From assembly GCF_018350175.1 (NCBI RefSeq), contig NC_058368.1, forward strand, positions 37,698,001 to 37,762,000: a stretch of 64,000 bases of DNA, given 5' to 3'. The position numbers and the translations under genes are program-made. The stretch is from Felis catus. Its lineage: Eukaryota. Within the stretch, counting starts at the first letter, position 1; each line of letters starts with the position of its first letter. Below are positions 25,496-37,102 of the stretch, in pieces. A model generated the notes under the pieces. The model was not told the origin of the DNA. It was given only the letters and a program-made list of their open reading frames with translations, and ran no database searches.

Positions 25496-25901
25496 AATCA
25501 GGAGGCAGCAAATGCCATTCACACAAAAATAATTATACTATGTCTTCGTTCACATAGATTTTTTTCCAACACATTACTTTATCCAGTGTTTCTTTTTAAC
25601 CTTGTTTTCTGTCTCTCTCTCTCTCCTTTTTTTGTCCTTCACGGGAACAAAAACTCTAGTAATCAAGGTTGTATCTCATACTAATTTATTTAGGTTACTT
25701 GAAGGCACAGGCATTTATTTAGAAGTAACCAGTCTGGAAGTGCATCTAAATGACATGACACCATCCATTGTGTAGGATTTCTCCTCTCTGGCATTACCAA
25801 GAGTGTCAGTGCCATACCTACCCGGAGATTTCCAACTCTCCAGTTGGAATGTATGCCTTTTAAAATCAGTATATTATTTACACAATTAATTGGTTGCTTT
25901 T

Positions 25902-26113
25902 TAAATTTTTTTAAATGTTCACTTTTTGAGAGCGAGAGAGAGGGAGAAAGAGAGAATGAATGAATGAATGAGTGGAGGAGGAACAGAGTGAGGGAGACAC
26001 AGAATCTGAAGCAGGCTCCAGGCTCAGAGCCCTAGGTGAGGCTTGAACCCATGAACTGTGAGATCATGACCTGAGCTGAAGTCAGATGCTTAACAGGGGC
26101 ACCCAAGCATCGC
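25902..26113 (-). mobile_element. CanSINE (older, internally deleted)
   Basis: gggagacacagaatctgaagcaggctccaggct...gagatcatgacctgagctgaagtcagatgcttaac; degenerate TSD ending gttgctttt. Confidence 0.92.
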
Positions 26114-27033
26114 TAAATAGTTGCTTTTATGCTCTAGGAATTTAAGGATCTAGGCTAAGGGCTGGCTCTTAGCTCCAAAGAATTTTTTAATATCTGTATC
26201 TTTACTTTCACAAAAAGTCTTAGATTTTTTGATATAGCTGGTTACACATGATTTCATGTCATAAGCCCTGTCATGTATTTATGAATTTGTGATGCATCTA
26301 ATATAGTTACACTCACTTGGGTGATATATTACACCCGTTTCTCACATGAGAAAACCAGGATTACAAATTGCATATGAGACTAAGTTTCTAGAGATTCTCA
26401 TTTCAAATCCAACACTTTTTAATAATTTATCCTACCTTTTAGTAATATCCAGAAATCTGGATGACCTAGAGAACTGTAATTAAAAATGGCTTCTTAGTCA
26501 ATCAGTGAATTTTCCTTTAATTTCTCTAGGTAATTTACTTAATTCTATAAACCGAAGTAGTTGAAGACTGTTGATTTATAGGATACATATCATTAAACAC
26601 TTCCTAAGTATGCTTAAGGTGCAAACAAAAATGGAATAAATCAGAAGAGGAACTTTTGAATCCTCACACTTGGCTTCACACTTGGCTATTTTCTCTTTAA
26701 AACACAAAAGTTGTGAACACACGAGATTTTTCTGTTGTTTCTATAATTTACTTTAGCATCAAAACTAATTATTGAGATTACCATATACTTGCCCATGTCC
26801 CTCTGGGCCATAACATACACAAGTTAGATCATGTGATATACTCAGTTTAAATTGGTAAATTTCTTACTGGTGCTATAAATCAAGAAAAGGCAAGAGACAA
26901 ATTATCCTGGAGAAAGAGAACTTTCTGGTCTCCTTTGTTACCTGTAAAGCCACAGATATGCTAGACACTAGAACTTGGTGTATTTTAAGAAAATTATTAA
27001 TAATACCCAGGCTTAAAAAATTTTGTTGGGTCA

Positions 27034-27250
27034 GGGGTGCCAAGGTGGCTCAGTCAGTTGAGTGTCTGACTTTGGCTCTCAGGTCATAATCTCGTGGTTG
27101 GTGATTTTAAGCCCCCCGTTGGGCTCCTTTGCTGACAGCTCAGAACCTGGAGCCTGCTTCGGATTCTCTGTCTCCCTCGCTCTGTCCCTTTCCTACTCAT
27201 ACTCTGTCTCTCTCTCTCTCAAAAATAAATAAAAATTAAAAAAAATTAAA
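27034..27250 (+). mobile_element. CanSINE
   Basis: ggggtgccaaggtggctcagtcagttgag head, (CT)n, A tail; degenerate TSD aaaattttgttgggtcag / aaaatctgttgtgtcag. Confidence 0.93.
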
Positions 27251-29119
27251 AATCTGTTGTGTCAGAATTGTGTAGTGGAATAGAATAAAATTTTGGAGGA
27301 TTTGATGTTAGTTCTTTTACTTTGAATACAAATAAAAGACCGATTGTGACCACTTAACGCTAAAGGCTCTAATGAAATGTGTGGAATAGTATAAAAAATT
27401 AGGCTGTAAAATAATCATAATAAGAAATTTTGGTTCTGTTAGGAAGGAGAGTGGTGCCAATTAGCCAGAAATTCATCAAGAATTCTAAGGAAAATGACCC
27501 ATGTTGTAGTTTGCCTTAATCTGGGATTCTGAGAGATCACACTGATGTACTTACACATTTTAGTACATGCTTTTTACTATCAAGGATTTTAAAAATTAAA
27601 GGATTTGAAGAAAATTAGGCTAATAGGTTGTATTTTATAAGTAATAAATTTATATTATATATAGTTTAAGTAGAAGAAATTTAAAATTTCTTGGGGGGGG
27701 GTTTAATTTCTAGAGGTCACAGACAATTTAATATACCACTGGATATTTGGAACATTAGTTGTTTAAGTAGCAGTATGTTAATCCTATCCTCACACAGGGC
27801 AAATGCTCTGATCCTGATTGGTTTCATATACGAAAAATGATTTATCATGTTAAGTGCACTTTTAAAAAAGCATTAATAATAAGAAATGTCATTAGTCACC
27901 TTCTGGACTGATTTGGAGTGGCTTGATTAGAATTTTTTTTTTACTCCCTGATATTTGGAATCTTTACACATGGATTTTTTATCACTTCTGTGAGACATTT
28001 CCCCTCTAAAGAGGTCAAGCCTTGTGTAATTGCTACTCTAGCTTAGTGTACAACCACTATTATTTTTAAATCTCTACACAAATAATGGGTGGTCCCCAAA
28101 CTCTGACCATTCTCCAAAATCTAAACTGCATCTGATAGAAATAATCTCTCTTCAAGCAAAATAAACTGTAAATGATTTATTCATCTTATTATTTAAAGAA
28201 GCATGTTGCAGGGATAGATGAATACAGTCTTACGAAAAAATCAGTTACTGACTGAGAAATCTCGCATTAGCTATTTATTCCTGAAAAACGAATCCCTGTC
28301 TGGGCTCTGAAGTTCTTATCCAGAGTTCCCCTCCGTGAACTGGGATTCCATTGTAAATCCCAGCAATAGTGCCTTGGATGTCCCTGCCTTTCCTTGGGGA
28401 AGACAGAAATGCTTTTATATGTAAGGTACTAGTAACTACAATTGTTTAACTGCTGTTGGGGTCATTACTGAGGATGAGGAGATTATACGCAATGGTTGGC
28501 CAGCTAAAATGTAACAGGGAGATTTCTGCAGTTAAGGTTTGGTCTCTTGGAACTCTTTGTTCAGGCCTCTGGGAACTCCATTATCTATACATTGTATACA
28601 ATGTTTAGCAACACAATTGGACACAGAGACCCTTGCTGTAGGTCTCTGATTTAGTCAGTCTCTTGCGATGGTTCGCCTTTAAGTCATGCACCCTTTGTTT
28701 TTGCATACCTGAAATGTTAGGCGCCGTCTGTACACCTCAAGCCAACTGAGATTTGTGATTGGCCTGACGCTGCAATAAATGAGAATATGAGTGAGGGGAA
28801 CGGGGTCTTGACCCCCATGCCTTCTCCTCCCTTTCTTAGCAAAGTGTGGAGTAATCTCTCATCCATCAGCCCAGGGTTTGCTGCCATTCCTGGCAAACTA
28901 CTTTGTTTTAAGTAAAGTAACTATTTTTGTTTGTTGGTCTGTTTTGCTTTAGTATTTTGTTTTGTTCAGCCAGAGGATATTGCTACTAATTCCCAAGAGA
29001 AGATCAATAATAATAAGTGTTCCAGGCCAAATGGGACAGGAATTGAGATGTTGTAGTAATGCTAAACTCCTAGTCAGTTATATCCATTGAACACTTATTT
29101 GAAATCAAGGCACTATTTT

Positions 29120-29290
29120 TACTTTAGCACTTCAGGTATATAATCTTACTCTATACTCATAACTATACTGGGCTCTGACTTCTTTGATAAATAAGGGAAC
29201 TGTACCACAGAGATACAAAGTCAACTTCCAATGTCAGATATCTATAAACAATTTTAAGTCTGGTATTCCCAGTTCAGGGATTTCACTCTC
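29120..29290 (-). mobile_element. MIR remnant
   Basis: 'ataaataagggaactgtaccacagagatacaaagtcaacttccaatgtcaga' resembles the MIR core. Confidence 0.45.
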
Positions 29291-29952
29291 AAAAATACAG
29301 TATTACATAGGAACGAGCTAGTCCCTAAATATCTGGCTTGACTGGTTGATATAAATGAGAAGCTTGGGCTTTGGACTAGCCAAGCCACTGCTTTCTTTCT
29401 CAACACCTGGAGCCCCAAGCAGGCCATCAAGTGTGTCATGATGGGGGATGGGTATATAAATAAAACTTGCCTACTGATCAGTCACACAACCAACACATCT
29501 CCTGGAGAATATATCTCTACTGTGTTTTATAACTGTTTTGCCAATATGATGGGACATGGGAAACAGGAGAATCTTGATGGAATACAACTGGACAAGGAGA
29601 TTAAGACACTTTATACCTTCTGTCTTGTCCACCAACGGACTCATTCTTAGTTTGTTCTTCTCCTTTGAGTCTTAAATCATTTGACAATCTCTGCAACGTG
29701 GTATCCTGAAGTGCAACACTATTGACTCAACACCCTTCTCCTCCTAGAGGGAACTTTGATGATATTGATGATGAAAACCTAACTGAGAAACTGTAAGAGA
29801 AGATCGTTCCCCTCACTGCCCATAAGACTTTGCCATGGCTGAGGGGTTCTGGGCTGTAGAGTGACTGAAGTACCTGGTTATCACACTTCAGGGCAGTTTT
29901 TGATAAAGCTTTTACAGCAGTTTCCTGGACACTCATCAAGAAGAGGGAGGGA

Positions 29953-30190
29953 GGGGTGCCTTGGTGTCTCAGTCCATCAAGCATAGTCCATCAAGCATCC
30001 GCTTCTTGGTTTCGGTTCAAGTTATCATCTCACGGTTCATGGGAATGAGCCCCATGCCAGGTTCTGCACTGACAGTGTAGGGCCTGCTTGGGATTCTCTT
30101 TCCCTCTCTCTCTGCCCCTCCCTACTTGCTCTCTGTCTTTCTCTCAAACTAAACAAATAAACATTGAAAAAAAAAAACAAAAACAAAAAC
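29953..30190 (+). mobile_element. CanSINE with internal 14-bp tandem duplication
   Basis: TSD agaagagggaggga 29939-29952 / 30191-30204; agtccatcaagcat x2 at 29971-29998. Confidence 0.93.
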
Positions 30191-30435
30191 AGAAGAGGGA
30201 GGGAATATGTCAGCTTGGAAATATCTAAGCCTCTCCTTCCTTACGCAGTCCCTCTTGGAACCTATGTACACTTTGCTCAAAACTGGTGGAGACGTCACAT
30301 TCGATGTCAAAATTTCGTTACAGACTGGCTCAAATAGTTTTATGGAAAAACTAATCAGAAATTACTGAATTTTGTTTGTTTAAAGTATGGGTTCGAGCCC
30401 TAAAATGACAAGCCTTCTTAAAGACTTGTTTTTCT

Positions 30436-30652
30436 GTTCTTGTAATTTATTTTTTTAATATTTATTTGTTTTTGAGAGAGAAAGAGACAGAGTGCAAGCA
30501 GGGGAGGGGAAGAGAGAGAGGGAGACACAGAATCTGAAGCAGGCTCCAGGCTCTGAGCACAGATCCCCATGCAGGGCTGGAATCCACAAACTGTGAGATC
30601 ATGACCTGAGCCGAGGTTGGAGGCTTAACCAACGGAGCCACCCACGCGCCCC
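30436..30652 (-). mobile_element. CanSINE
   Basis: Typical body; degenerate TSD aagacttgtttttc / aagacttaattttc. Confidence 0.93.
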
Positions 30653-31655
30653 AAGACTTAATTTTCAGTAGTCCCTACCCTCGCTTTGCTCGAGTTACCA
30701 GAATACCCTCTGAACTGAGTTGCGTTGTGTGCTACACAAACTATGCACTAGACTCTTACAGACTTTTGTCTTGAAGGAGCCTGTAGCTTCTGATACTAGG
30801 AAATTCTGACACTAATGAAGTATGCTGTTCTTAGCTGTGGGTGTACTGGAGTGGAGTGGGTGAAGTATTTGACATGATCAAACGATGATGACAGTATTTG
30901 ACAAAATACGAAGTGGAAATTAATGTACACTACACTGCACCCAGAATAAGCTGAATAAAAGTGTCACAGGTAAAATTTTTAAAAGGTTATTCTCTGTCAG
31001 ATGGTTGGTATTATCAGTGTTATCTGAGGATGTTCCTTTTTCTTACACATGCCACCTTTCCTCTAATTGGGTATTTAATTTCCTCTGAATAATTGCTAAC
31101 TTAGTAAGTATATTTTTTCTCTTCTCTTCAGTGAGCATTAGGTCTCTGTCTTATAAAATTTTTCTGAATTGTAGTAGAACTTTTTTTTTGTAGAATAGCA
31201 AAAATGCATTCTTGTTTTCATATTACCTTATTCAAAATTAATACATTCTTTAGTTTTCTAGTAAGTAGGTGTAAAAATCATGTGCTGCAGGTTTACGGTT
31301 TGTAAGATACTTTATTTTTAGACCATGAGTCTTAGTATCACTGTCTTGCCAGATGATTAACACTGAAACTGACCCTACTCTACCTCCCCTGCATGGACAG
31401 ATACTTCTATTGTTGCTTTGCCTAAAAATGGTACTTTGTGAGGTTTTGAAAACTCAGTGCCAGAAGGAACAATGTGCAGTACAATTTACACACTGGAAGA
31501 ATACACTGTTGGACCTTTGAACCACTTTTAAGAACAAGAGTTTTAAATTGATAGTTGCCAAATTATGGAGTGTTTTTACATATTGATCTGTTGCTAATCC
31601 AAGTAGCATGTTTTGCGTGCATGATTTAATCCTTGAATCATAAAAGGATTTTATT

Positions 31656-31876
31656 TTTTTTAATTTTTTTTCAATGTTTTTATTTATTTTTGGGACAGAG
31701 AGAGACAGAGCATGAACGGGGGAGGGGCAGAGAGAGAGGGAGACATAGAATCGGAAACAGGCTCCAGGCTCTGAGCCATCAGCCCAGAGCCCGACGCGGG
31801 GCTCGAACTCACGGACCGCGAGATCGTGACCTGGCTGAAGTCGGACGCTTAACTGACTGCGCCACCCAGGCGCCCC
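31656..31876 (-). mobile_element. Young felid CanSINE (SINEC_Fc type)
   Basis: Near-consensus; perfect TSD taaaaggattttatt 31641-31655 / 31877-31891. Confidence 0.97.
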
Positions 31877-32359
31877 TAAAAGGATTTTATTAATCTCTGA
31901 ACTCAAAACTGTATAAAAGGTTATACACTGTGACCAAGGTTGAACTCCTGTAGTTTACTGTAGAAACAAATGTTTACGTATAGATATGTTTCTGGATATG
32001 TGCATATCCACAGGTTAGAGTACACACTTACATACCCTTTGTCAACTGGGAAGACCAGTGAGCAACAACACTGTATCACCAGTGAGCACCTTTAAGGCCC
32101 AGGTCTTTGTTTGTAATCCATGTCTCTAGTATAAAGAACTCAGGCTCCTTGGAAATTGACTAGTTCCATGATTTGGAGGCGGGAAATACACAAGATGGGT
32201 CTGGAGCATCTCATGTTGCCAGAAGTTAAGGACGTGCTCAAAAACAAGCAATAACAAATAGCCAGGAGAATAACCAAAACAGATGGGTGAGGATATGTTA
32301 AAGGGACACCAGAGCTGACTAAACTTCTGATGGCCAAAGTTGGAACATTTTGAACAACC

Positions 32360-32390
<31 letters not shown>

Positions 32391-32628
32391 CCCGCTGAAT
32401 TATAACTCAAAGTATAAACTAAATATCTCTGAGTCCATATTGATACAAAGTATTAATTAAATAAATGACTTGAGAAAAGAGGTGAATCCGCATACTGGAA
32501 AATTCACAACATTTATATGGACCCACTGTCTTCAAGGAAGGAGAGCATAACTTCCCACTCCTTAAATATGAGCTGCACATAGTTATTAGCAAAATGACAG
32601 TATTAAAAGCAGAAGGAAGAACAACCTT

Positions 32629-33639
32629 GCCTTTCTGCACTACCCAGGAAGGTGTCTATACAGCCTTGTTCTGTGTTCCTAGAGTAACTTTAAGGGAAAC
32701 TTTGACAATGCCTGGAGCCCTTGATGTCCCGCAAATGAAGGAGGAGGATATCCTCAAATTTCTTGGAGTAGGAACCCACTTAGGTCTCACCAACCTCGAC
32801 TCCCAGATGAACAGTACCTCTACAAAAGGAAAAGTGATGGTATCTACATCATAAACCCGAAGAGAATCTGGGAGAAGCTTTTGCTGGCAACTCGTACCAT
32901 TGTTGCTATTGAAAATCCTGCCGATGTCAGTGTTCTGTCATCTAGGAGTACTGACCAGTGAGCTGTGCTGAAGTTTGTTACTGCTACCGGAGCCACTCCT
33001 GTTGCTGGCTGTTTCACTCCCAAAACCTTCACCAACCAGAAGCCAGGCAGTCTTCCAGAAGCCAAGACTTCTGGTGGTTACTGATCGCGGGACTGGCCAC
33101 CACCAGCCTCTCAGAGTGCCTACCATCACTCTGTGTGGCACAGACTCCCCCCTGTGCGATGTGAACATTGCCATCCCTTGCAGTCACTCAGTGGGTCTGA
33201 TGGGGTGGTTGCTGGCTTGGGAAGTTCTGCGTATGTGTGGCACCATTTCCTGTGAAGACCCATGAGAGGCGATGCCTGATCTTGCAGATTTTGAAGAGAT
33301 CGAAACTGAAGGGCAAGCTGTTGCTGAAAAAGCTAGGACCCGAGGAGGAATTTCAGGGTCAGGGGACTTGTCCAGCTCCTGGGTTCGCTGCTACACAACC
33401 TGAAGTCACAGACTGGTCTGAAGGTGTGCAGGTATGGATATTAAGCAGTTCCCTATTAAAGACTAGAGTGTTCAGCCTGCCATTGAGGACTGGTCTGCGT
33501 CTCCCACTGCTCAGACCCCTGAATGGGCACATACCACCAGTGAGTGGTCTTAGCTGCTTTTCCACAAGGGCAAACAAAATGGAAATAAGGTTGATGGAAC
33601 ACAAACCATTTCTAAAAAAAAAAAAAAAAAAAAAAAAAA
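32629..33639 (+). pseudogene. RPSA: Processed pseudogene of 40S ribosomal protein SA (uS2 / laminin receptor 1)
   Basis: ATG 32708 [26 protein letters not shown]; later [60 protein letters not shown]; stop TAG 33551-33553; intronless; 5'UTR with pyrimidine start; poly-A 33614-33639; TSD gaagaacaacctt 32616-32628 / gaagagcaacctt 33640-33652; frameshifts, deletions and premature TGA at 32959. Confidence 0.97.
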
Positions 33640-33790
33640 GAAGAGCAACCTTAACAACCTTCATAGTGGCAAAAACTGGTAAACACTATTATCCTCAACC
33701 ACATGATCAAGATCCACACGAACAGTGATAAATTGTGTACACGGGACATCCTTGGTATGGTATTAATACGGTGATAAAAATGTCATGGTA

Positions 33791-34012
33791 GGGGCGCCTG
33801 GGTGGCGCAGTCGGTTAAGCGTCCGACTTCAGCCAGGTCATGATCTCGAGGTCCGTGAGTTCGAGCCCCGCGTCAGGCTCTGGGCTGATGGCTCAGAGCC
33901 TGGAGCCTGTTTCCAATTCTGTGTCTCCCTCTCTCTCTGTCCCTCCCCCGTTCATGCTCTGTCTCTCTCTGTCCCCCCAAAAAAATAAATAAACGTTGAA
34001 AAAAAAATTAAA
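33791..34012 (+). mobile_element. Young felid CanSINE (SINEC_Fc type)
   Basis: ggggcgcctgggtggcgcagtcggttaagcgtccgacttcagccaggtca; TSD aaaaatgtcatggta 33776-33790 / 34013-34027. Confidence 0.97.
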
Positions 34013-35344
34013 AAAAATGTCATGGTAGCTCGTCTTTCTCTAGAAAACCCATAACTGTAAGTCTAATCATGAAATAATAATAAGTAAATTTCATTAGAGG
34101 GGCAATCTACAAAAATAACGTACCAGTATTCCTCACAACTTTTAAGGTCACCAAAAACAAGGAAAATCTGAAAAACACTCTGTCAAGAAAAAGCTAAGGA
34201 GATGTAACGACGGAAAGAAATATGGTATCCTAGATGGGATCTAGGATAACTAAAAAAATGACATCAGGAAAAAACTAAGGAAAACTGAAAACTTAGGAGA
34301 TAAAAATAAAAATGGATAGAACCTCTCCAGTTAAGTAGAGACTTCATTTTGGGGCAGCAACTTCTGTGTGTATCAATGAGAATATCATAGTATGGATTCA
34401 GCTGAGGAGGAAAACGGCCTTATATTCAGCATTATACCAGCATATTCATTCACTTAAAAATAACTGTCATATACCATTATATTTTCTTGGATTTTGAAGG
34501 AAAAATTGCTGGTGGCATGTATTATAATTAAGAGTAGTTCCTTAGACAGGAAGAATGTAAGCTGCGTTTCTTTGCCTGCCACAAATTGCAAGAACATCCC
34601 CAGATTAAAAACAAAAGAAAAAACACAATCCATTGGTAAATATGTTTTTAAAGATTGGTAAATAGAATCATTTAAAGAAGACACCCATTTCTAACCTAAT
34701 GCCCAATTAGTAACTCTTAAAAAAGAAGCAAGTGACAATCCCTTAGAATACTGGAGATCAGAAAGCTTAATTCCACATCCCTTATCCTTGAAGTGTTCAT
34801 ACTAATCAGTACAAACATCATCATTTTGTTAATTGTGCTTCTTTTTTTGCTGTAAGTTACATGTTTGTTATATAAAATGTATGACATCATGTGCTCACAA
34901 ATAATACTATGCCTTAGTGAAATACTATGCCTTAGGCAATTTATAAAAACACTCAAATTTATGTGTATGTTAATTTAGCTTTAATATAAGTTTATGTCAC
35001 CAAAAGATATGCAAAATAAAACTAAATAAGAGTTAGTATTGACAATGAAGATATGAATAGAAAAAGTTGGTTTGTTAGACCAATACAGTGATTTATTTTA
35101 TAGTTATATATTTACACATTATAATAATTTATTGATTTCTGATAAAGCATTTTTTGTGTTTGAATCATTTTTCATTGATAATGTCAACTCTTTGTATATG
35201 GACTAGTAGATTCCATTTGTTATTTAGCAACTCTAATGATGCTGTACAGTCAGCAGTTATATCAACTTATTTGTCCGGATGAGTTTCTATAAGTTGTATA
35301 TTACCATATATAAGATACTCCCTAAATTTAAGTGAACAAATAAA

Positions 35345-35665
35345 AATAAATTCTTACTATTCATCTCTCATCTCATATAGTTACAAAAAATGTTTTTTTT
35401 TCTTGTAATGAGAACCTTTAGGATCTACTCTCTTAGCCCTTTCAAATATATCATACAACGGTGTTGACTATAGTCATGGTGCACATTACATAAGGTAACT
35501 AAAAATGTGGTTATTGACTAAACGCAAGTTCACTAAACTTTGTGTGGTAATCATTTTATAGATGTATATGTATATATGTATACATATGTTAGGTTATTAT
35601 GTATTATGTCTTAAACTTATATAGTACTACATATCAATTATATTTCTATAAAACTGAAAAAGTGG
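35345..35665. mobile_element. Two short old L1 3'-end fragments in opposite orientations
   Basis: 35345-35490 antisense 'atctcatatagttac...gagaacctttaggatctactctcttagc'; 35490-35665 sense 'cttaaacttatatagtactacatatcaattatatttctataaaactgaaaaa'. Confidence 0.55.
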
Positions 35666-36911
35666 CCATTTTGAATAATTTATGTAAGATAATTCAAGTA
35701 AAAGATTTACGAACATGTTTTATTTACTTTGGGGTAAATACCTAGGAATGGAATTGTTGCATTTTATTACTTTAACTTTTAAACATTAAGAAACTGCCAA
35801 ATATTCTCTAAAGTAGCTGTTTTCTTTCTAATACTTGGTTTTATCAGTTTAAAAACATTTTTTTAACAATTCCACTGTATGTTTCATATAGTTGTCCTGT
35901 TTTCTAGTTGTTTAAGTGAGCAAGGGAGAAGGGACAGTAATCCTAGTTCTTGTTGCTCAATTATAGACAAAAAACAGAGGTCTCAACTTGTTAAATAATA
36001 TTAGTGCTTTCAATCAGGAAGTAACTACATTATTTAATATAGTAGCACTAGCATTATTTAATATAATTTAAAAAAAATAGCAATCTGAGAACAAGAAATA
36101 TTACTATAATCAAAGGCCATAACAAGATTGCTGAAATTAAGTGTGTGTGTGTCTGTGTAGGCTTTAAACAATAACATCAATATTACTAAAATCAGAACTA
36201 TTTGGGAAAAAAAAGGAACAATAAAATATGGAGGCAAATAAACTGGGAAATCTGTTACCAGAATAAGTGTAGCAACAGGAGGAAAAGGATCCCATGAGTA
36301 GCATTAACAATTAAATGAAGAATGAAATTTTATAGGAGTTTAAGAAAGAAGTGGGGTGTAAGACTGGCAAGATTATTACATCATTAAGACCCAAACAGTC
36401 TTTACACAAAAGATCCATATTGACTTGGATTTTTTCCCCCAGTAATAGCATTTCTCGCTGCTTGGTAGGCTGACAAATACACACTTAAAGGCAATTCCTA
36501 TGAAATTTTTGGTTAAAGACCTCTCTTCTAAGAACAGTAAACATAAATCTTTATTAACTATAAAATGTAAAACTGCTGTTTTATCTAACATACTGTAAGA
36601 GCTATTACTAATATATTCTAAGCACCATTTCTTATTTATCACATGTATTTTTTCATGTTAGTTTAAATAACTTGCCTGAAGTCTCAGAGCTAGTAAGCAT
36701 CCTTTCCAAAATAGGGCCTTGAAGCTGCCTGAGCCTATTACTGGCATTCATCCTCTATGCTAGTTGTGAGCAATTAAGATAATAAATATCAAATTAGCAT
36801 AACCTATTTTCATCGTTCAAATATGCCACCCAGGCCAATCTGTAGTTTAAGGGCTAGGAATGGAAAAATATGCTCACAGAGAGTGCCCTGATTAGATTCC
36901 CCCCAAATCCT

Positions 36912-37102
36912 GGGGCACCTGGGTGGCTCAGTCAGTTGAGCCCTGGACTTTTAATCTCAGGTCATGATCTTCTGGTCTTGAGATGGAGCCCGATGTTGGG
37001 CTCCACACTGGGCATGAAGCCTGCTTGGGGTTCTCTCTACCCCTTCCCTTCCCCACTTGCATGCATGACTACTCTCAAATAATAAACAAACAAACAAACA
37101 AA
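36912..37102 (+). mobile_element. CanSINE (old carnivore subfamily)
   Basis: ggggcacctgggtggctcagtcagttgag...ctcaggtcatgatct...gagccc...aaataataaacaaacaaac. Confidence 0.92.

Larger units (their letters stand above)
31960..34310 (+). mobile_element. Ancient L1 3'UTR (L1MC/L1MD-like), interrupted by the RPSA retrocopy and a SINE
   Basis: 'caggctccttggaaattgactagttcca...aagatgggtctggagcatct...', 'gagcataacttcccactccttaaa', 'accagtattcctcacaactttaaggtcaccaaaaacaaggaaa' are L1MC/MD 3'UTR motifs. Confidence 0.75.

Noticed and set aside
33237..33728. 163-aa ORF and overlapping ORFs as novel genes
   Set aside because: Frameshifted read-through of the RPSA pseudogene, its poly-A (poly-K) and flanking L1.
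33791..33870. tRNA-like A/B-box sequence as a tRNA gene
   Set aside because: It is the tRNA-derived head of a CanSINE, followed by (CT)n, A tail and TSD.
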